A DNA stretch of 64,000 nucleotides, from positions 30,690,001-30,754,000 of the forward strand of contig NC_088858.1 in the NCBI RefSeq assembly GCF_963853765.1. Direction: 5' to 3'. A model generated the notes under the pieces. The model was given only the letters and a program-made list of their open reading frames with translations, ran no database searches and was not told where the DNA came from. The stretch is from Magallana gigas (Eukaryota). Shown in pieces: positions 55,860 through 64,000 of this stretch. Position numbers and translations under genes: made by a program. How positions within the stretch are numbered: the first letter of the stretch is position 1; the number at the start of each line of letters is the position of its first letter.

Positions 55860-58800
55860 TCATATTTTGTGGAATCCATTATACCCTCTTGTGTGAACTT
55901 TGTGAGTTGGAAACACTGGGTCTATCGCTGTAATAACAAGACTCCGGGCTAGGTCAGGCAGGAGTTTCCTGGAGAAAAATAACAATCAAATTTAAAATCA
56001 GGGACACTTTTTGTGGTACACATTGTAAAAATGGCCCAATAGCTCATGGTTTTGAGTACCAGTGTCATATAATTTTTTGAACCCCGCGATATATTGAACC
56101 CGGGTTCAAACCTGGGTTCAAAATGTTATGGTCACAATATTTTGAACCCCCCTCTAATTTTCATTGCTATTGGAGAGGGGGTTCAAAATATTATGGCTGC
56201 GATATATTGAACCCCCAACCTATTTCCAATTCCCATTGGAGAGGGGATTCAAAATATTACGACTACAATATTTTGAACCCCTACCTACATGTATTTCCAA
56301 TTCCCATTGGAGAGGGGGGTTCAAAATATTATGGCCGCGATATTTTAAAGCAATGAAAATTACAAGGGGGTTCAAAATATCTCAGCTATAATATTTTGAA
56401 CCCCCTCTCCAATGGGAATAGGAAAACGGTAGGGGTTTAATATATCACGACCATAATATTTTGAACCCCCTCTCTAAAGGCATCACGGCCATAATACTGT
56501 AGATTGGCAAATAATCACGATGGTTTTAATTTTACTATGTTTGCTATTAAATATTTTCCCGCGAAATTAAACCCATCATGAATACTATCAATAGATTTCA
56601 AAAACGTTTCAATGCTTATATTCTGATCAATTGATCTTTAAGCAGCGTGAAATTAAAACCATCACGATTAGTACTTAAATACAAATCTGTGAAATTATGT
56701 GAAACAAAAAGTGAAATTATAACACCGTGGAATTAAAACGACTTACAGTATTTTGAACCTCCTCTCAGATAGCACTGAAAAATAGAGGGGGTTCAAAATA
56801 TCGCAGCCATAATATTTTTAAACCCTCTCCAATAGTAATAAAAATTAAAAGGGGGGGGGGGGGGGGTTCAAAATATCACAGCCATAATATATTGAACCGG
56901 GGTTCAGTATTTTAATGGGGGGCTCAATATTTCGCAGCGATATCTTGAACCCAGGTTCATAATATCGCATAATATATTTAACCCGCGTTCAATATTTTGC
57001 GGTATCAATATATTTTATGACACCGGCAAAATGAGAGTTTCGGATAGAAATGGCCACAAATAAATGGAATTTAAAACTTTCTTAACAATTAATGTAAAGA
57101 TGGAACCAGTTTTGAACATCTTTTTTCTATAGCAAAGCCTCATAAGGATTGCTACTGAAGATTAAATTCGATTAAATTCAATGGACTTAATTGATACACA
57201 GTGAAACATTATTACAGTGAACAAACTTTTAGTTAAGTCATGCTTATAACAAGATCACTTTTTTTCACCATATCTTGAAAGTGTACTATACACTTAACAG
57301 ATAAAACAAATTTTGTTTACTAAGGAATCGTTTTTAATTGGGTGGAGGGGGGGGGGCAATGTTCTTCAATTTTCTTGGTTTGTGGTGACTTAATTTCATT
57401 GACAGCAAGTTTGAAATAATTTTAATAAATATCAAACAGATGCTTGTACAAATGTTTGTAGGGATGTAATTTTATTGGCAAGAGTTACCAATGAAAGCCA
57501 TGAACATTGGTCCTGCACGAGAAATGATGATTGCACAGGAAGTTCAACAGTATATTTTAATGATGTTCTGCTTACTTTGCACAAGCAGGTGCTCCATTGA
57601 TCTCTATCAGATACACCATGAGTTCATCATCCACAACAAAGTCAAATCCAAACAGCTGAAAACTCTGGTAGCCCAGAAAGTTGGTGGAAATTCTCTACAA
57701 ATAGATTGATTTTAAATAAATGGCGATTAAATTTTTTAAAAATATACTCTTTTGCTGTTGAAAATGTTAAAAAATTTTAAAACTTTTTCACCTCTTTCAC
57801 TATCTTGAACACAGTCTTGACAATTTCCTTTATTTGAGGCAAAATAGTTGCGTCAAATGTCACTCTAAATTTAGACCTCAAGTACCTACAATGTACAAAA
57901 ATTTGTCTTCAAAACAATTACTGAACTGCTTCATTAATCAATTGTTATATTAATACATGTTTTACATCTTCATCTGTTGTCATACCGACAAAGCAAGATT
58001 TATAGCATCTGTATTTTACCCCTACATCCACAAAAGTAAAAAAATAAAGTTATCTAAGTTGGCAATATATTTTGAGTAATCTACCTATCAAATGAGGAAA
58101 AAAACATTTCATTGCCTTCCTCGTACATCCCAAAGTTTGCCGACAGTTCTTTCTGTAAGCAGTGATTGGTCAAATGACTAGTGACATCATCCAGATTCTC
58201 GCGCTGATAACTCTCGGAGGCAGTGCGTAAAACTCCTTCCTCAAACAAGTACACATTGTAATTGGCGTCCAGCAACACCCAACATCTACAAAACCATGTA
58301 CATTTAATACACCAAGTTTTTAGGTCACATGCGACTTTCTACAGTTTTCGATTACTTCTCTTGATAGATTTTTCCTACTTTATTTGCATTTACCGGTAAA
58401 CCTGTTAATGCCCAAAAATTCAGGGAGCCTGACCAGGCTATTTTTGGAGTTAAATTTTTTTTTTTATTTATTAGCATGAAAAATGCAACTGAATGCTTCT
58501 TAGTAAAGTCATAGTATATATTTTTAATTGAAACTATATATCCAAATAAAAAAAACATCCTATTACATGATATATGATTATGGAATTAAATAGTGGAAAT
58601 CATAACATTGCAGAGATGGCAATTTTATTTAGAAAATAATGGATAAGACTCATCTGACCTTAATTAAATTAAGGTGCTAATATGTGTACACTCTTGTACC
58701 ATTTTGCTTTACTGTTTAAAATTTTGCAAAAGAAATCTAATTCATTATTGAAAAGCATACAATTTATGCATACCATAACTTGCAAGGCATAATTTGATGA

Positions 58801-60256
58801 AAAACTATGTAACAATACTAAAATTTTTCTTATAGGACTTCTTAAATGCCATATTGATGATGGTATAACCTTGACCTTGGTAAATGAAGCAGATCAAAAG
58901 CAAAGTCACAGGCAACTTCATGCCAAGCATGAGTCTCTGATATTTCTTTTCAAAAAAGTTGTTTGCCAGACATGAAAGTCAAATGAACATACAGATTGAC
59001 AGATAGATGGACATGGACCCCCCCCCCCCTTAAAAAAAACTTTTTGAGGGTCATAGTAATAGTAATTTGACTCCCTGATAGTAATATTTCTATCTCGCAA
59101 GTAACAGTGCACCTGGTTTGATTTTACCTTCATTCTAATTTAATTACCTGATATCAAATTTACGGTCTTCCTCCAAGAGCAAGGGGTTGTCTATGTACCT
59201 TTGAATTACAAAGGATTGGGTTTGCTGATCAATAAATTTCACCAGTTCTGACACATCAGGGGAAATTTTTATTCCTTCACCTAATATAAACAGAGTTTTA
59301 ATTCTAAGAATATGAATACATGATTGCATGGATGCCAATCACAATCCAGATTCATCAAATATGATAGAGCCTTGCCTTTTGACCCAGAAGAAGATTTAGC
59401 GATCCATACGACTGGTTTTTTGCTGGTTTTGTTGAGGACAGTGGACCGATCTAACAAATCCTTCCTTTCATCAGGCTTGGAGACCCTCCTGGGGAGAGGG
59501 CGTGCACCTGGAGCGGCGGACTCCATGCTCTTTGCAATATCTTTAGGACAAATGATAAAAGACTCTGGAAGCCATTTTGGTATTGGTTTTGCTGATGTGG
59601 TATAAAACTCTTTGAATACTCTGAAATGGGAAGACATTATTATCTCTATAACTATCAACAAATGAATCGATATATTTGACACAATTAATGTCAGGAAGAA
59701 ACTGAAAGCCTGGACCAGCTAGAAAACCGCTTACCTTACTAAGGCAGTTTTTCTGCAGATAACATCTGATCCTCTGTAGTAATTCACAAGCTGAATTAGC
59801 CCTGGTTCATGACCTAATTATTAACATGCACATAAAACTATTAAAAACATCCAACTTACCAGTCTTTAAATACAAGTATTACTAGTGATTTAAAACACGG
59901 AATCAAGATATTGTTGTTGAATTTGTCAATTTAGATGAGAAATATATTTCTATATAGTATTTACCCATTCATGGTCAAAATCATTGAAAATTCTGTATAA
60001 AAATTTAGTAAAATGTAAAAAAAAAAAAAAAATATGTACAGTACAAAACAGGTAAAAGTACATGTATCTTAATTTTTTTATAATTGAATCAAATACCAAG
60101 TCTCCCAAACTGTAATTTGTTTCGCTCCCCAAACATGAGATGGAAGCTTGCAACATTTGGTGATAATTTTCTCCAGTCCTCATCATTATCCAGGAGGTAC
60201 TTTGACACAGCCTTGTATACTGAGCTATGGATGTCTCTCCTGACAAATCCATACAT
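55860..60256 (-). CDS. TTL: Tubulin-tyrosine ligase, 379 aa
   Basis: Exons 60256-60097, 59813-59735, 59620-59376, 59280-59148, 58285-58085, 57885-57792, 57694-57576 and 55968-55860 (1140 nt). Motifs [87 protein letters not shown]. Confidence 0.95.
56059..57027. mobile_element. Foldback-type non-autonomous DNA transposon with internal TTGAACCCC / GGGGTTCAAAATAT repeats, carrying a nested TACTGTA...TACAGTA MITE (about 56493-56750)
   Basis: Imperfect TIRs CCAGTGTCATATAAT / ATTTTATGACACCGG; lies in the last TTL intron. Confidence 0.7.
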
Positions 60257-60549
60257 GCTGTATTAAACTGTGAAACAAAATACTAGGTAGATTTAATATA
60301 TTAATTACATAATAAGTCAACTTCATTGCAAAGTAAATGATACAAGCAGTTTCATTCCTCTTCAAAAGGCATGCTTTGTAAAGTAATGTATTGTTTACTT
60401 TTTCTGAAGTAAATAAAAAGATATTAAAAGATGCAGACATGAAGTTGGACTGCAAGAGTTTCAAGATTTTCCAATTAATAGCTAGAAAATGTAATAAAAC
60501 ATACAAATATACATAAGCTCTAAGCTTTGAATTGACTCTCTTTCTCCAA

Positions 60550-60610
<61 letters not shown>

Positions 60611-61379
60611 AAAGTGTCTGGAGCTCGAGTTCTAATTTACCTACTTGTGGTAATTCCTCTTAATCTGCTATACTGGTGCGCCCAACAAAATACATGTAAC
60701 CCATGTCGAGTGGTTGGAAGAGTACCATGTGAGAAATTTCTATGGGATAGAAATCTAATGATAGTAGGTATAATAGCCTCAGTGCCTCAACACTACTATA
60801 CTGACACTTTATAGTGACTGAGATAACTTTTAAACTTAAGTTCAAGCCTATCAATTTGTGGTCACTACCCCTAATCGATCTTTAAAAACGTAAAATCTTT
60901 GCATATTCAACAATTGTTTCATAAGTCCAATTGGTTGAGATGATAACATCGTAAATAATAAGTGCAGTACTGTCCATCAAATTAAGAGTTGTTTCCCTTG
61001 AAAACGCATTTTCATATGAAACAACATTGTTCAACAATAAAACTGTCAACGTTATTTCTAACCTATCGCCAAAGAGGTGCATAACCATTCTTTATCGTAT
61101 GCATAGAGGTTACATATATCATTCAATAAATAACGTGTCAAATACCGTACTTTCACTTACTGTTTATCTCTCACATGGTGACAGGGGTTTAGAACTCTTT
61201 TGAGAAAAAGGAGCAAATTGTCGTATACTTGTGGTCATAATCGTTGGTGTGTTTAATGTTAACCATTTTACAGATAAATTGTAAAGAGGAATTGTTACAT
61301 TGACTAGAATTTTATGGCCAAAATGGGATAAAACGTGTATTCGAACATACCTTCTTTTCGTTTGTTAGTCTGCGTGAAC

Positions 61380-64000
61380 ATGGAAGATAGAGTCGTGACT
61401 CGAAAGAAAAGAGGACGGCCAAACAGAGGAGGTGGGCGATTTAATCGCGGCTCCTCAAAAAGCTCACGAGGGCGAGGGGGTCGTCGAGATGATGGTCGAG
61501 ACGACAAGCAACAATATGGAGACAGGAGAAAAGATGAACGTGATGACAGATATGGGTATTTTTCATCTTAGAACTTATTTTTGTGTTCAACATGTTATTA
61601 TTTAATGCATGTCGATTGTAATATTAAATTTTTCACTAGTATTAAAGGAAGTGTACCACAGTAAACTGTAAACCTACTTTTATTCACGACGACTCTATTT
61701 CGGGACTTAAACTCATCTTAGAACTTATTCATGTGAGCAACATGTTATTAATTAAAGCATGTCGGTTGTAATGTTGAATTCTTACTAGTTTACTGTAAAC
61801 CAACTTTTATTAACGACGACATTATTTCTGGATTTACAGTGATAAAGAGGTTTGCGACGACTATTTTTTCGTTATCTCTTATCAACACATGAGTTGTCAT
61901 TATATCCATTCAGCAAAGACTGATTCAAGGCGATAAAAATTCGAGACAATGAGTCTCTAAAGAACATTTTTCGTAAAATTTGATTCACAGTATTCATTAA
62001 TTTGGCAATTTTTGCTTTACAATTTTAGAAAAAAAACAACAATAAAACAATTTTAACAAGACCTTGGACTTTTAGTACAATGTAACAATCTATTTCTTGC
62101 ATCAAAACAAGTTAATATGATGCTCAGCTGGTTTCAATAGAAATATACACCGATTGCCTAGGCTTCACTCGAAAGCCAGACAAATCCTGTTGGTTTCAAT
62201 GAGCCATGGCCGAGAGGCCTACAATGAAATAAACAGGCCTACGTCACATTGCCATTTGACTCAACTACCCAAAGTCCAAGCTCTTGTTTAAATGGTTCTA
62301 ACTTATTCTTCGTTTTTAGGAAAAGGTCTGCTCCACCACCACCGCCACCTAGCTTTGAGAAAGAGGTCCGTGTTCCAATGCAGAGACTACATATGACATC
62401 AGAAAACCAAGATATGGTTGAAGACATGCTTAAAGATCTGAGAGGAGAAGAGATTGATGTGTACAGGTAAAGCATGCTTTACATTTATTGAGTTAGTGCC
62501 TGTTTATGATTTGAGCCAGCTCCAGTGGATCAGGTAACAATGCTATGATCAATACTGTTGGTTGGTTCTGTTCCATTTATCCACACAAGATCCACCATGC
62601 CAAAAAGTGCTTAATATTAGAATTTAAAAGCATACTAATATTTAATAAACAGGTACTCAATGAGGAAAGTGGTTAAAAGCTAAATGTTAGTGCCTGTATA
62701 TATTTGATGATCATATGTACATATGACTTACTGTTCTAACAGTGATGAGGAGTATGATGAGCTAGATGACCGCTATGAGGACCAGTACTGGATGACTGAC
62801 AATACCCTCTATGTGGAGGATGCTATTAACTTCTCAGCTAAGAACCACTCAGCTCAGAAACCTAAAGTTACAGCTCCTGTAGACACTGTAAACAGATATG
62901 CAGTCAACAAATTGATTAGGTAAGAAAAAGAAATTTTACCAACTGGCTTGTCAAAACTGATTAATCTCAAGTTCTTTGAGTATGGGGCATAATATCACTT
63001 TTACATGTAAATGTCATATAAAATTGGAAAATTGACATTTCCGTATATATTTAACAGGTATGGGTTTGAGAAGCAAAGATGTATTGAAGCTTTACAGCTT
63101 CTTGATGGAGACATCGGGTCGTCCTTTGAGTATCTGTACTGTAAGTGTTTTGATCTGCCAACGCTTACAGACGTAGGTACTGATGTTGATGATGAAGATA
63201 TTGAAGAAGAAACAGATACCAAAGTAACACTAACAAAGGCAGAAAAACTACAGAAAAATGGGATCACATGGGAGGAGATTGAGGAACAGAGAAAGGAGGA
63301 AATCCTGGCCTTGGAGTCTATTTATATTGAGGAATTTGAAATAAGAATCCCGGACAGACTGTGGGTGTTTCGACTGGAACTCAAAAATTTAATGGACATG
63401 GTGATGAATTCGGGTAAAGTTAAGAAAGAATCCGAAGAAAAAAGTTTTGGAGAGAATTCAGAAATTTGTAAATTTTTCAAGAAAGGTGCATGCCATTTTG
63501 GCGATAGGTGTCGATACAAACATGTGGTGGAAAATACTGGAAGCAAAAGTGACTCTGTTGAAAAGACTGACAAGGCAAATTTTGAACTAGAACTTCGTTT
63601 TGGGAGCGATAATATATATCCTTATGAACCACCTATTATAGGTTTCTCTTCAATTGCTCCTGGATTTCCTTGTGAGATTTGCTTGAATATAACAGAGGTT
63701 CTCCTTAAGGAGGCCCAAGAGCTGGCTTCAGCCCAGTCACCTTCTTCCTTCTCACTTATAGCCCTGCTGGAAGATGACTTCATGCTTGCACAGTGTATTG
63801 AGAAACCTCCTTTAGCTTTTAGTCTTCCAGAACCTGAAAATCCTGTCATTCCAGGTGTTAGATCTCTCTTGAGACAAGAAAATAATGCACCAAAGTCTGC
63901 TCGTAATCTGGATGAGGAATCTTTTGATGACAACTACAGTGAAAAACAGACTGAAGCATTGGTGAAAATGGTGGAAGCAGAGGGCAGGTTCCGACAGGAT
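61380..64000 (+). CDS. DHX57: ATP-dependent RNA helicase DHX57, N-terminal part (RGG-rich, UBA, CCCH zinc finger, RWD); continues beyond the window
   Basis: Exons 61380-61555, 62320-62466, 62743-62919 and 63058-(>64000). Motifs VPMQRLHMTSENQ, AVNKLIRYGFEKQRC..AL...DGD.G.S.EYL, EEQRKEE.LALESIY, ICKFFKKGACHFGDRCRYKH, ELELRF...YPYEPP. Confidence 0.93.
62050..62300 (+). mobile_element. MITE family A copy in DHX57 intron 1
   Basis: Same internal sequence as 9468-9724; ends AAATGGTTC-TA. Confidence 0.85.

Noticed and set aside
57481-57540. Nearby acceptor as the last TTL exon
   Set aside because: Gives an early stop with no TTL similarity; the exon at 55968-55860 ([20 protein letters not shown]) matches the TTL C-terminus.

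Overview
AT-rich (GA)n-microsatellite-laden animal genomic DNA, very probably an oyster (Ostreidae): it has Cg170-like satellite monomers, Helentron/HINE-like elements, a bivalve-type C1q-domain gene and a bivalve-type Mab-21/cGAS-like gene. Hand-spliced gene models, left to right: CCSAP-like (-, runs off the left edge); an uncharacterised 9-exon disordered nuclear protein (-); an N-acylation-motif (MGC) globin with B12.2/G7.0 introns (-); a cGAS-like receptor (Mab-21 nucleotidyltransferase plus helical C-terminus, +); an ionotropic glutamate receptor-family subunit with no amino-terminal domain and unusual pore/gate residues (+); a HHIP-like GSDH beta-propeller protein (-); a C1qDC protein (-); a 700-aa orphan ORF (-); tubulin-tyrosine ligase TTL (-, one GC-AG intron); and DHX57 (+, runs off the right edge). 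The main find is at 17064-29019. Two inverted, decayed copies of an IS3EU-like (rve/integrase-core) DNA transposon bracket the intact cGAS-like gene. Their outer TACGG...CCGTA ends are both flanked by the same 6-mer, TGTTTT, which is the architecture of a composite transposon carrying an innate-immune cargo gene. All exon boundaries and family assignments were made by eye without database searches.
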